From a virus, in the IMG/VR virus record IMGVR_UViG_3300045988_127364, positions 1-49,440 of that record: 49,440 nt of DNA; one strand, 5' to 3'. Shown one piece after another: positions 27,127 to 34,832 of the stretch (its first letter is position 1; the number at the start of each line of letters is the position of its first letter). Under the pieces are notes generated by a model. It was not told the origin of the DNA and did not search any database. It was given only the letters and a program-made list of their open reading frames with translations. Both the position numbers and the translations under genes were made by a program.

Positions 27127-27209
27127 CAGGCGCGGAGGGATTCGAACCCCCATCGGCGTTACCGCCACGGTTTTGGAGACCGCTGCTCTGCCTGTTGAGC
27201 TACACGCCT
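27127..27209 (-). tRNA. type-II-like tRNA (long variable arm) with CCA anticodon (nominally Trp), no encoded CCA end
   Basis: Manual fold: acceptor aggcgtg/cgcgcct, D arm gctc-aacaggca-gagc, anticodon loop CUCCAAA, 15-nt variable stem-loop ggcg-GTAA-cgcc, canonical T-loop TTCGAAT, discriminator G. Confidence 0.5.
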
Positions 27210-27289
27210 GTGTCTGGAGTGCTGCCCAGGAGTCGCACCTGGTTGCGCGGATTTGCACTCCGCTGCCTATCTGTTCGGCCAGCAGCACA

Positions 27290-27366
27290 TGGAGTCGCCA
27301 GAGGGAATCGAACCCACAACACGCGGTTTAGGAAACCGCCGCTCTATCCCATTGAGCTATGACGAC
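27290..27366 (-). tRNA. tRNA-Arg (CCU)
   Basis: Manual fold: anticodon loop UUCCUAA, T-loop TTCGATT, CCA encoded. Confidence 0.65.
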
Positions 27367-27461
27367 GAAAATGGTGCCGCATCTAGGTAACGCTCCCAGC
27401 CAGCCAATAGGCACCTGATTTACAGTCAGGCCCCCGTCTTTAGGGGAATACTGCGGCAGTG

Positions 27462-27552
27462 TGGAGGAGGGTGTGGGATTCGAACCCACGGATCGCTATC
27501 AACGACCTGCTGTTTTCTAGACAGCTGCAATAATCCTCTCTGCCAACCCTCC
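27462..27552 (-). tRNA. type-II tRNA with anticodon loop CUAGAAA (Ser-like, nominal anticodon AGA)
   Basis: 91 nt with long variable arm and canonical T-loop TTCGAAT, CCA encoded, discriminator U. The loop follows the tRNA-Ser CU-NGA-AA pattern with A at position 34. Confidence 0.5.
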
Positions 27553-27554
27553 GT

Positions 27555-27643
27555 TGGCGGAGCATGTAGGACTTGCACCTACGGGCCTCGTGTGAGGTCT
27601 ACGGGTTAGCAACCCGCTGCAGTAGCTACTGTGCCAATGCTCC
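27555..27643 (-). tRNA. tRNA-Ser (GCU)
   Basis: Type-II fold, anticodon loop UUGCUAA, discriminator G, CCA encoded; non-canonical T-loop TGCAAGT (G at position 55). Confidence 0.5.
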
Positions 27644-27646
27644 GAA

Positions 27647-27721
27647 TGGTTGTCGCGGTAGGTGCTGACCCTACGGCCTCCCCGTTATCAACAGGGTGCT
27701 CTACCGTTGAGCTACGCGACA
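27647..27721 (-). tRNA. tRNA-Ile (GAU)
   Basis: Anticodon loop UUGAUAA, discriminator A, CCA encoded; unusual T-loop GTCAGCA. Confidence 0.5.
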
Positions 27722-27722
27722 G

Positions 27723-27796
27723 TGGAGCCGCCTGCGGGAGTCGAACCCGCATTACCGATTTGGAGGACCGGCGCTCTACCTTTGAGCTAAGGCGGC
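27723..27796 (-). tRNA. tRNA-Gly (UCC)
   Basis: Anticodon loop CCUCCAA (C at position 33), discriminator U, canonical T-loop TTCGACT, CCA encoded. Confidence 0.55.
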
Positions 27797-27800
27797 GTGC

Positions 27801-27873
27801 CTCGCGCGGCAGGCCTCGAACCTGCGACCTCCCGGTTAACGGCCGGGCGCTCTACCAGCTGAGCTACACGCAA
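27801..27873 (-). tRNA. tRNA-Asn (GUU)
   Basis: Anticodon loop CCGUUAA (C at position 33), T-loop TTCGAGG, discriminator G, no CCA encoded. Confidence 0.55.
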
Positions 27874-27927
27874 ATGGTGGGGCAAACAATACGGAGGCAA
27901 TACATCTCCGCTGGGTTTGCCCCGTGT

Positions 27928-28002
27928 TGGTGGCGGGAGGGGGATTCGAACCCCCATGTCACGGCTTATGAGGCCGTTGAGTTACCCGTACTCTATCCCG
28001 CT
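27928..28002 (-). tRNA. tRNA-Met (CAU)
   Basis: Anticodon loop CUCAUAA, canonical T-loop TTCGAAT, A1:C72 mismatch, CCA encoded. Elongator versus initiator versus Ile2 is not resolved. Confidence 0.6.
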
Positions 28003-28003
28003 A

Positions 28004-28079
28004 TGGCTTCTCGGCAGGGAATCGAACCCTGATTGACTGAACCAGAATCAGCCGTGCTAAACCGTTACACTACCGAGAA
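28004..28079 (-). tRNA. tRNA-Gln (CUG)
   Basis: Anticodon loop UUCUGGU, T-loop TTCGATT, CCA encoded. Confidence 0.6.
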
Positions 28080-28490
28080 CGTGTTTGCCAGCGGCGACAG
28101 CAACCGACACGGCTGCTATACACATCTTCTTATGACGCGACCGCCGAAGGGCAAATGGCGGTCTGGGTTTTCAGATGCCCGTATCGGCTGCTGTCGCCGC
28201 TGGCGGCTGGGGCAAGGTCACAAAACCCCAGCGTGTCCGTGGTTACCGCGCGACGCGGTCTGGCACTCACGGCTTACCACCCGCACGGCGCGATGCCGAT
28301 TGGGTCCTACCCCTTTCGGGGCGAATATTCGGTACTCAAAGAGCGCGTCCCGTCTGGGACATTGCGCGGTTTCACGCGCGGACTCGGCTGCTAGTAGGGT
28401 GTTCAGCAAGGAGATGACACTGAACTGGCTCCGTGGTATGGGAGGAGAGAAGATGACAGTCGAGTCCGCGAGGGAAAACGCGGTTGGTGG

Positions 28491-28700
28491 CTACTGGTCT
28501 GAGTCACGCCCAGTAAGCCAGTCGAGCGAACAGCCGATAAAGTCGGCGAGGATGACGGCCTCTGATAGAGTGAACGGGCGCTCACCTGTGAGTTTTGCGT
28601 GAGTTGCGTTCCATCCGAGTCCTAGCAAATCGGCAACTTTTTGCTGCGTGATTCCCTTTGACTTGATGTACTCTGAGACATGCTTTGCGCAGGTATTCAC
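28491..28700 (-). CDS. Cro-like XRE-family HTH regulator
   Basis: 69 aa with HTH ITQQKVADLLGLGWNATHAKL; divergent from the cI-like gene. Confidence 0.65.
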   Translation of the reverse strand: MNTCAKHVSEYIKSKGITQQKVADLLGLGWNATHAKLTGERPFTLSEAVILADFIGCSLDWLTGRDSDQ

Positions 28701-28844
28701 TATCGTTACCTCCTTTCCGACTGCTTTCGTTCGCTAGCGGCTTTCGTTTGCTAGCTCGCAATTCCGTATGTTGCTTCTTGTTGACTGCTGTGTCAACAAC
28801 AATTTGGGTAAAATTACTTTCAACTAGAAGGAAAGGAGACGAAA
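28701..28844. promoter_or_regulatory. divergent switch region with candidate operators
   Basis: 16-bp direct repeats GCTTTCGTT(C/T)GCTAGC at 28723-28738 and 28740-28755; palindrome GTTGAC-TGCTGT-GTCAAC at 28780-28797; TAAAAT -10-like hexamer at 28809-28814; GAAAGGAGA RBS before the ATG at 28845. Confidence 0.5.
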
Positions 28845-29210
28845 ATGACCCTTCTAGCTGGGCTGCAAGGCATCCTCGACAGCCGAAATATGAAGCCTGC
28901 CGACTTGTGTAGGCTTTGTGGATTGAGCACTGGAGTGATGTCGAACTACATGAACGGAAAGCGTGTCCCGTCAATCGCAAACGCGATTACGATCGCCAAT
29001 GCGCTTGGCGTGACGCTCGACGAACTCGTCGGCAGGGAGCCGACGCGCTATGCGCCGCCGCCGCTGACAAAAGACGAAGAAGCGCTTCTAGACGACTACC
29101 GCAACTGCACGCCGACCTCTAAAGAGAAAATCGACGAGTACGCGGAGTTCCAGAGTGCTAAAAGCAAAGAGTCCACGCGAGATTCCAAGCGTTCTAAGAG
29201 GAGTGCGTAA
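28845..29210 (+). CDS. CI-like XRE-family HTH repressor
   Basis: 121 aa; HTH PADLCRLCGLSTGVMSNYMNGKRVPS; first gene of the lysogeny operon. Confidence 0.65.
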   Translation: MTLLAGLQGILDSRNMKPADLCRLCGLSTGVMSNYMNGKRVPSIANAITIANALGVTLDELVGREPTRYAPPPLTKDEEALLDDYRNCTPTSKEKIDEYAEFQSAKSKESTRDSKRSKRSA

Positions 29211-29761
29211 TGGCTGAAACCAAAGAGCCGCCGTTTCTGGTGGAGTTAATCGTCCTGCTGCTGGGCGGCATCGGCTTTCTCGTGACGCTGCCCGTGGCGG
29301 CGTGCACGCTTATCGTCGATGACTACAAGCCTTACGCTCCGTACTGGTGCGGAGCGTTCGCCGTCTGTCTGGTTTGCGCACTGATGCTCAGGAACACCGA
29401 GTGGGGCAGGCGCGAGCTACGGGACAACAAGAAGCCGACCTCAGCGACGAAGCCCGAAGCTGCCGAAAAGGGCTACGCTCCTGCCAACCCGAACGCAACG
29501 CTCAACCGCGCAGCGCTCGACACGACCCCGGAGAAGGTAAAGAAGGCCCAGCGTAAGGCGGGACTCCGCTGCCCGAAGTGCGGCTCCACCGACGTCACGT
29601 TCCTGAACAACACGTCGAAGTCCACAAGCGCGGGAAAGTCGCTCCTCGGGGCCGAGGTGTTCGGCCTTGAGGGAATGGTGGTAGGCGCCGCGATGGGCAG
29701 GAAGGGAAAGCGCGAGTACCTTTGCAACCACTGCGGCAAGCGGTACTCGGTCAGGAACTAG
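29210..29761 (+). CDS. membrane protein with C-terminal zinc ribbon
   Basis: Two N-terminal TM helices; CPKCGS...CNHCGK. Confidence 0.5.
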   Translation: MAETKEPPFLVELIVLLLGGIGFLVTLPVAACTLIVDDYKPYAPYWCGAFAVCLVCALMLRNTEWGRRELRDNKKPTSATKPEAAEKGYAPANPNATLNRAALDTTPEKVKKAQRKAGLRCPKCGSTDVTFLNNTSKSTSAGKSLLGAEVFGLEGMVVGAAMGRKGKREYLCNHCGKRYSVRN

Positions 29762-29844
29762 AAAGCAGGAGGCGCCGCCACCCGCCAAGATGAACGACGC
29801 CTCCAGAGGACTTATCCCACACACGGTAGGAAAGCAGGTTAATT

Positions 29845-30957
29845 ATGCCACGGAAACGCGCTGAGAGGGGTTCCATCGCCCGTTTAGACCGAAACCGTTA
29901 CAGGATTAGGTACTGGGGAGACAAGGGCGACGGAAAGGGCTACAGGCGCTTGAGCGCGAACTTCACCGGGACGCTGACAGAGGCGAGGGCAGAGCGCGAC
30001 AGGCTGATAGAGCTTCACTCGACCAGCCAGCGCACGCAGCATACGGTAAGGTACGTGTTCGACACGCTGTACTGGCCGTCATGTGAAAAGCGGCTGGCAG
30101 AGAACACGCTGAAAATGTACCGATCGACTTGGAGCAGGTACGTCAAGCCGAAGTTCGGCGGTTGCAAGCTAGGGGCAGTGAGGCCGCTGGAGATACAGAA
30201 GTGGCTCGACGGCATGACGAAGAACCAGGCGAGACGGTCGCTAAACATGCTGTCCAGTATCTACAAGACGGCAGTGAAGTACGAGCTTGCCGAGAGCGAC
30301 CCGACCTCGGTGGGCCTCACCGTTCCTGACACGATCAACGAGATGGATAAAGGAATATACGACCTCGCCGAGCTGATGCGAATGGCAGAGCTGCTGCGCG
30401 GCTCGTGCATGGAGGGCGTATTCCTTCTTTGCGCGTTCGGTTCATGCCGCCCGGGAGAGGCGCTTGCCGTTGACCCGGCGTCCGTCGAGCTGTTCAGAGC
30501 CGATAACGGGATGGCCTGCGCAGCCGTCCTCATTGAGCGTGAGGCGGTTCGCGGAATTATCGTCGATCGCACTAAGACTGACAGCAGCAAGCGCTATGTC
30601 GTCGTTCCCGGAAAGTGGGGCGAGCGTCTAGCCGAAGTCGCTGACGAGCGAATCGAGGGCGGACACAACTTGTTCATCGAGAGCATGAAGGGCGGGCCGC
30701 TGATTTCATCTAGCTTGAAGGTGAAATGGGAAAACGAGTCAAAGAGGCTCGGGTTTGCATACCACCCGCTGCGCAACCTAAGAAACTCTTGGCGAACCAG
30801 CTGGGAGTACGAAGTCAGGATACCTCCCGCAACGCTTGAAGTATTGATGGGCCACTCAGGGTCTGGAGTGTCCGCTAAGCACTATGTCCGCGCGAGTTTA
30901 ATGATGCTGGTGAACACGGTCGCCGACGCCTTCGCTTGCACCGGACTTGTTTCATAG
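29845..30957 (+). CDS. int: tyrosine integrase
   Basis: 370 aa; catalytic-region motifs HPLRNLRNSW (H-x-x-R) and MGHSGSGVSAKHY (Tyr). Confidence 0.9.
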   Translation: MPRKRAERGSIARLDRNRYRIRYWGDKGDGKGYRRLSANFTGTLTEARAERDRLIELHSTSQRTQHTVRYVFDTLYWPSCEKRLAENTLKMYRSTWSRYVKPKFGGCKLGAVRPLEIQKWLDGMTKNQARRSLNMLSSIYKTAVKYELAESDPTSVGLTVPDTINEMDKGIYDLAELMRMAELLRGSCMEGVFLLCAFGSCRPGEALAVDPASVELFRADNGMACAAVLIEREAVRGIIVDRTKTDSSKRYVVVPGKWGERLAEVADERIEGGHNLFIESMKGGPLISSSLKVKWENESKRLGFAYHPLRNLRNSWRTSWEYEVRIPPATLEVLMGHSGSGVSAKHYVRASLMMLVNTVADAFACTGLVS

Positions 30958-31150
30958 GGACTTTTAGGGACTAAGTGATTTTATGCAAGCGTTCTACCTG
31001 CTGTTTTGTCAGATTGTATAATCCACAGTAGTTTAGACGATAGGGTTATATAAGGAAACTAGGCGCACACAACAGGCATTATTCATTTTGCAAGCCGTGT
31101 AGGACCTCCCAATAAGCACCGTAGGGACCAAATTGGGACCAAAAATTAAA

Positions 31151-31180
31151 GCCGTATCCCGTGATTGGGGTACGGCTTTT
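31151..31180. terminator. bidirectional rho-independent terminator between int and the lysis cassette
   Basis: 10-bp stem gccgtatccc/ggggtacggc (one G:U) with loop gtgatt, flanked by an A-tract and TTTT. Confidence 0.6.
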
Positions 31181-31225
31181 ATAAACCCTGCGTCTCCCGA
31201 CGCTGGATTTTCGTGTGCCTTGGTT

Positions 31226-31330
31226 TTAATCGCTATCGCGGAAAGCGCCGACGACGCACAGAGCCAAGAAAAAAATCAGGCTCCCAACGGTACCGCCAAG
31301 GATAAAGGCTATGACAATAAGACCGATCAT
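31226..31330 (-). CDS. small hydrophobic peptide (34 aa) downstream of endolysin
   Basis: GAGGT RBS; MIGLIVIAFILGGTVGSLIFFLALCVVGAFRDSD. Confidence 0.3.
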   Translation of the reverse strand: MIGLIVIAFILGGTVGSLIFFLALCVVGAFRDSD

Positions 31331-31342
31331 TTCATGACCTCA

Positions 31343-32299
31343 CTACTTCGCGTAGAGCTTGCGCCTGATGGCAACGGCGACAGCCTTGTTGGTGTCTGGT
31401 CCCTGCAAGCCGTCGGCGCCGCACGATCCGACCGAGATGCCATGCTCAATGAGCCACAGCTGGTGATGGATGATTGTCCCGCTGCCCATCTGCCTGCTTT
31501 GGATTCCCTTTGGTGGATACGTCTTGAGGCCAATCTTGTGCTGCAGTGCAAGCACCATGTCTGAGCCGACGCCCTTACCGGTCTTTGTCCACTCGACGCA
31601 GCTCTCCGTTGCCCAGAAAGAGCGCTGGTTGCACTCCCACTGGCCGGAAATCACACCGTCGACGGTGGTGCCGAGCTGCTTTTGAAGCGCTCGCGTGAAC
31701 TTGGGCCCCCAGTATCGCGTGTCACCCAAGTCGGGGTCTGTGTTGTCAGCAACCTCCGTGTTGGAGCCGCCGATGGTGCCGCCATCGCCGAGCCAGTACA
31801 GGGTCCCGTCCCACGGGTAGCTGTAATACGGCTTGATGTTGCTCTCTCGTCCGGTCTGGTCGCCCTTGGCGCCCGTGATGGTGCCCTTTTCGCTGATGCT
31901 GAACTGCGCAAGCAGGTCGCCGCGAGCGGAGCCGTAGGGCGAGATGCATACGGCCGTGTGGCAGCGCTTGTTGACGTAGATGTCTCCGCGCATGGCACTT
32001 GCAACGCCCATCTTGCGCCAACCGAAAAGACCAGTCTTGAGCAGCTGTTCGATCATGTTGCCCGTGTACGTCGCGCCGTACGTGTTGACGCCGACGGCCC
32101 TCAGCGCGAGGATGACTGCGGACGAGCAGTCTCGGTCGCCGCCAGCAACCGTAACGGTCGTGCCGTCAGAGAGCTTGATTGTCTCGGTGGTGCCGTCGCC
32201 CATCCTGTTGTACTGCGAGTAGCCGTGACCGCCGTTGCCGTCGTGGGTGACCATGTGCTCGAAAACCTGCGCGAACGCCTCGCGCCTGGTGAGCGCCAT
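31343..32299 (-). CDS. endolysin (peptidoglycan hydrolase with C-terminal cell-wall-binding repeats)
   Basis: 318 aa; two C-terminal repeats (..ALQKQLGTTVDGVISGQ.. and ..VLALQHKIGLKTYPPKG..); adjacent to the holin. Confidence 0.75.
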   Translation of the reverse strand: MALTRREAFAQVFEHMVTHDGNGGHGYSQYNRMGDGTTETIKLSDGTTVTVAGGDRDCSSAVILALRAVGVNTYGATYTGNMIEQLLKTGLFGWRKMGVASAMRGDIYVNKRCHTAVCISPYGSARGDLLAQFSISEKGTITGAKGDQTGRESNIKPYYSYPWDGTLYWLGDGGTIGGSNTEVADNTDPDLGDTRYWGPKFTRALQKQLGTTVDGVISGQWECNQRSFWATESCVEWTKTGKGVGSDMVLALQHKIGLKTYPPKGIQSRQMGSGTIIHHQLWLIEHGISVGSCGADGLQGPDTNKAVAVAIRRKLYAK

Positions 32300-32300
32300 T

Positions 32301-32564
32301 CTATTTGCCCTCAGCCGTGTACGGCTCGTCGTAGCCGAGCGCTCGAGCGGAATCGGACAGGCCGCTCGTGGTCGGGTCGGTCACCACGCCGAGAGCCACG
32401 AGGATGTTGAGGACGATGCCCACGAGCTGCAGGAGCGAGTCCTGCGAGACGGGCGGGACGATGCCGAAGATGCCGCAGAGCTGGTAGGCGAACGCGAGCA
32501 CGGTGGCGGCGAGGGCCGTGAGCGTGGCCTTGTTCTGCAGGCGAAGGGTCCAGTTGATTTTCAT
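32301..32564 (-). CDS. holin (phi LC3-family-like)
   Basis: 87 aa; MKINWTLRLQNKATLTALAATVLAF...TDPTTSGLSDSARALGYDEP. Confidence 0.7.
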   Translation of the reverse strand: MKINWTLRLQNKATLTALAATVLAFAYQLCGIFGIVPPVSQDSLLQLVGIVLNILVALGVVTDPTTSGLSDSARALGYDEPYTAEGK

Positions 32565-32574
32565 GTGTTACCTC

Positions 32575-32886
32575 CTAGTCGGAGCCGCCGACGCCACGGT
32601 GCATGTCGCAGTTGCGCTCCAGGCGCTCGATGCGCGCGAAAAGCGTCGAAATCTGCTCGGTGTGCTTTGCGATAGCAATGCCGTGGTCGTCGAGCTTTCG
32701 GTTGATTTCCTTGATTCCTGACGTGACCTCGCGCATCGACTCGATAAGTGAGTCGAGCTTGTCGTCGGTGTGCTGCTCCTTCGCGGAGCGCGTCTTGGTT
32801 ACGCTGAGCCGCCCGACGCAGAACGTCACGATGACGAAGAAAGCGCTGATGATGGAGGTCGTGTCGCTGACACTCACGGGCGGCAC
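32575..32886 (-). CDS. membrane/coiled-coil protein (possible XhlA-like lysis accessory)
   Basis: 103 aa; N-terminal TM helix then coiled coil; position between the XkdX-like gene and the holin. Confidence 0.35.
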   Translation of the reverse strand: MPPVSVSDTTSIISAFFVIVTFCVGRLSVTKTRSAKEQHTDDKLDSLIESMREVTSGIKEINRKLDDHGIAIAKHTEQISTLFARIERLERNCDMHRGVGGSD

Positions 32887-32996
32887 TAATCCTCCTTGCG
32901 GTTGGCGGCGTCAAGCAGCGCCTGCACCTCTTTGCGCCAGCGCTCGGGGACGCTGTCGATGGTGCGCTTGCCTTTATTCACGGCACGGAAGAACAT
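32886..32996 (-). CDS. XkdX-like small protein (36 aa)
   Basis: MFFRAVNKGKRTIDSVPERWRKEVQALLDAANRKED; position upstream of the lysis genes; too short for the ORF track. Confidence 0.3.
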   Translation of the reverse strand: MFFRAVNKGKRTIDSVPERWRKEVQALLDAANRKED

Positions 32997-33016
32997 CTCC
33001 GCGATAGCACTAGCCA

Positions 33017-33367
33017 CTACTGCTCACCTCCCGCAATCATGTCGCAAATCTCGAGGATTGCCGCGTCATGGATGGCGCTCGTCTCCTCGCATTTCTCGAC
33101 GCGCTCGGCGATCGTCGCATCGTCGTTGACATGCGAATCCCAGAGAGCGTCGAAGCTGTCGGTGATTTCGGCCACGGACGGAGTTCCAGCGACCTTGAAG
33201 TACAGCTCCTCTGCGCTGTAGAACTCGTAACCGGACCCGAGGCCGTTGTCAGCGGTGTCCTTCACGATGTCTCGGCGAAGCCAGACGTGGGAGTAGGGAG
33301 CGCCGTCATCATGCTCGATGCTCACTGCATCGAGCGGGGTGGCAGAGATTGTTTTCACTGCGCTCAT
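33017..33367 (-). CDS. acidic hypothetical protein downstream of the DGR reverse transcriptase
   Basis: 117 aa from an ATG with AAAGGTGGA RBS. Confidence 0.45.
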   Translation of the reverse strand: MSAVKTISATPLDAVSIEHDDGAPYSHVWLRRDIVKDTADNGLGSGYEFYSAEELYFKVAGTPSVAEITDSFDALWDSHVNDDATIAERVEKCEETSAIHDAAILEICDMIAGGEQ

Positions 33368-34451
33368 GCGTCCACCTTTCTTTTCGGGTGTTGTCAGCAT
33401 GAGCATGTGCCGATACGTGTTTCCGCGCGTGCCGGAACGTGGCATCGTATCCGTTTTTCTGCCTCGCCTTGTGCGAGTCCGAGTGCTCCAGGTATCCCCA
33501 GTAGGAACAGACCCTCTTGGCTCCGCGCAGCGTCGGCCTTCGGTCGTAGTCACTGTACGCTTTCCTTATTCTGAGGTACAGGTCGGGCTTTATCGTGACC
33601 CTGCTCGGCCTTACGCTGTTGCTGAGAGCGGCACACGGCTCCTGCTCGCCAGACCTCGCCACCTTCCAGCCCTTGAACTCCAGGCCGTAACCTTCTTTGA
33701 AATACGTACCGAGCGTCCTGACCGCAAGCTCCATGTCGCGCTTGCAGTTGCCGAAGATGAAAAGGTCATCTGCGTACCAGCACTGGTGCTCGATAAGCCT
33801 GACGCTCCTGCCGCGCCTTGTCTTATGTGCGTCCTCCAGGAAGTGGTAGCCGAACGACAGCACGAGCTGTGCCATGCGCAGCGAGAAGTAGCTGCCAATT
33901 TCCAGGCACCCGTCATAGGAGTCGAGCAGGCAGTCGCACAGGTAAAGGACGTCGGCGCTCTTTATGTACTTGCGGAGTATCGACTTGACCACATCGGTCT
34001 TAATGGACGGGTAGCACTTTCGCACATCGACATGCACATGGTACTTGCTGTCGCGCAGATACATCTGGCAGGCGCCGACGAGCATCGGCTGGCCCTTGCC
34101 CATCACGCTTGCCGTCTGCCAGTAGCCCACCTTGGCATCAAGGAGAGGCGCGAGAGCCGTGACCGCGAGGTAGTCGCATGTCTGCTGCTTGACGCTCTCG
34201 ATGCCGATGATGCGCAGCTTGCCGTTGGTAGTCTCGATGTGCCTGTAGCGCCTGATCGGTACGAACGACAGCGACCTCGACTCAATCTCGAATGCGATCT
34301 CGCTGATTAACGCCGACTCGGTGCCGTATTCTTCACACACGCGCCAGCGGTTCTTCTTGCCAGCCTCTCCGCACAGCCAAGTATCGTATGCGGCATGAAT
34401 TAGGGACTCGTCTATGCGGAGTCCCTTGCAGTAGCTTTTTATATAGACCAA
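33309..34451 (-). CDS. DGR-type reverse transcriptase
   Basis: RT motifs HVHVDVRKCYPSI (motif 2, ..SI), IGSYFSLRMAQ (motif 4-like) and QCWYADDLFIFG (motif 5, YADD). TTG start with purine-rich RBS. Located 150 bp from the template repeat. Confidence 0.75.
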   Translation of the reverse strand: MVYIKSYCKGLRIDESLIHAAYDTWLCGEAGKKNRWRVCEEYGTESALISEIAFEIESRSLSFVPIRRYRHIETTNGKLRIIGIESVKQQTCDYLAVTALAPLLDAKVGYWQTASVMGKGQPMLVGACQMYLRDSKYHVHVDVRKCYPSIKTDVVKSILRKYIKSADVLYLCDCLLDSYDGCLEIGSYFSLRMAQLVLSFGYHFLEDAHKTRRGRSVRLIEHQCWYADDLFIFGNCKRDMELAVRTLGTYFKEGYGLEFKGWKVARSGEQEPCAALSNSVRPSRVTIKPDLYLRIRKAYSDYDRRPTLRGAKRVCSYWGYLEHSDSHKARQKNGYDATFRHARKHVSAHAHADNTRKERWTHERSENNLCHPARCSEHRA

Positions 34452-34604
34452 ATCTCTTTCTGGGTGTCACACGAGCAGTCGCCTTGAGGTTACTAGCCCG
34501 TCGGTCTTTTTGACGATTTCACTTAGTTAAGCTAGGCCGATGCCCATCTCGTCCCAGAAGGACGGAGGGTAGTCGCGGATGGAGAAGATGTTGAAAGAGT
34601 AGTC

Positions 34605-34705
34605 CCAGATTGACGCGAGCCGTAGTTCCACCTGGCGTTCGACAGGTCGTTGTTGCCATTGACGTAGCGAAGGCCAGCATAGCCCCTGTTCCTGAGGTTG
34701 CCGAG
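34605..34705 (-). repeat. DGR template repeat (TR)
   Basis: About 101-bp non-coding copy of the 3' end of the receptor-binding gene. It differs from the VR almost only where TR has A on the coding strand. Confidence 0.75.
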
Positions 34706-34801
34706 AAGGAAAGATACGCCCCGTATTCCGCGAATCCCTATTTTCGAGTTCCGATAGTTGCAGAGCTGATTGTAGCATGTGCTACGGACAGCCGAAGTGA
34801 G

Positions 34802-34824
34802 AAAGAGGGGGCTTTTCGCCCCCT
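34802..34824 (-). ncRNA. GC-rich hairpin immediately 3' of the VR (DGR target-recognition hairpin candidate; alternatively a weak terminator)
   Basis: Minus strand AGAGGGGGC-GAAAA-GCCCCCTCT: 9-bp stem, 5-nt loop, beginning 8 nt after the target gene stop. Confidence 0.5.
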
Positions 34825-34832
34825 CTCGACGG

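Noticed and set aside
27210-27289. Possible tenth tRNA or tmRNA-like element between the Arg and CCA tRNAs (inverted repeats GGAGTGC/GCACTCC)
   Set aside because: No T-loop or acceptor features could be folded; likely just a structured spacer.
27462-27552. Amber-suppressor (CUA) reading of the CUAGAAA anticodon loop, which would rescue the TAG-interrupted ORF at 16168
   Set aside because: No 5-bp anticodon stem can be formed in the register that places CUA at positions 34-36; the canonical register gives AGA.
28033-28602. 189-aa plus-strand ORF and other ORFs covering the tRNA array and leader
   Set aside because: Overlaps clearly folded tRNAs on the opposite strand and is Arg/Cys-rich; no RBS.
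34802-34824. Simple rho-independent terminator interpretation of the hairpin after the receptor-binding gene
   Set aside because: Poor U-tract; position and loop match the DGR target hairpin better. Not fully excluded.
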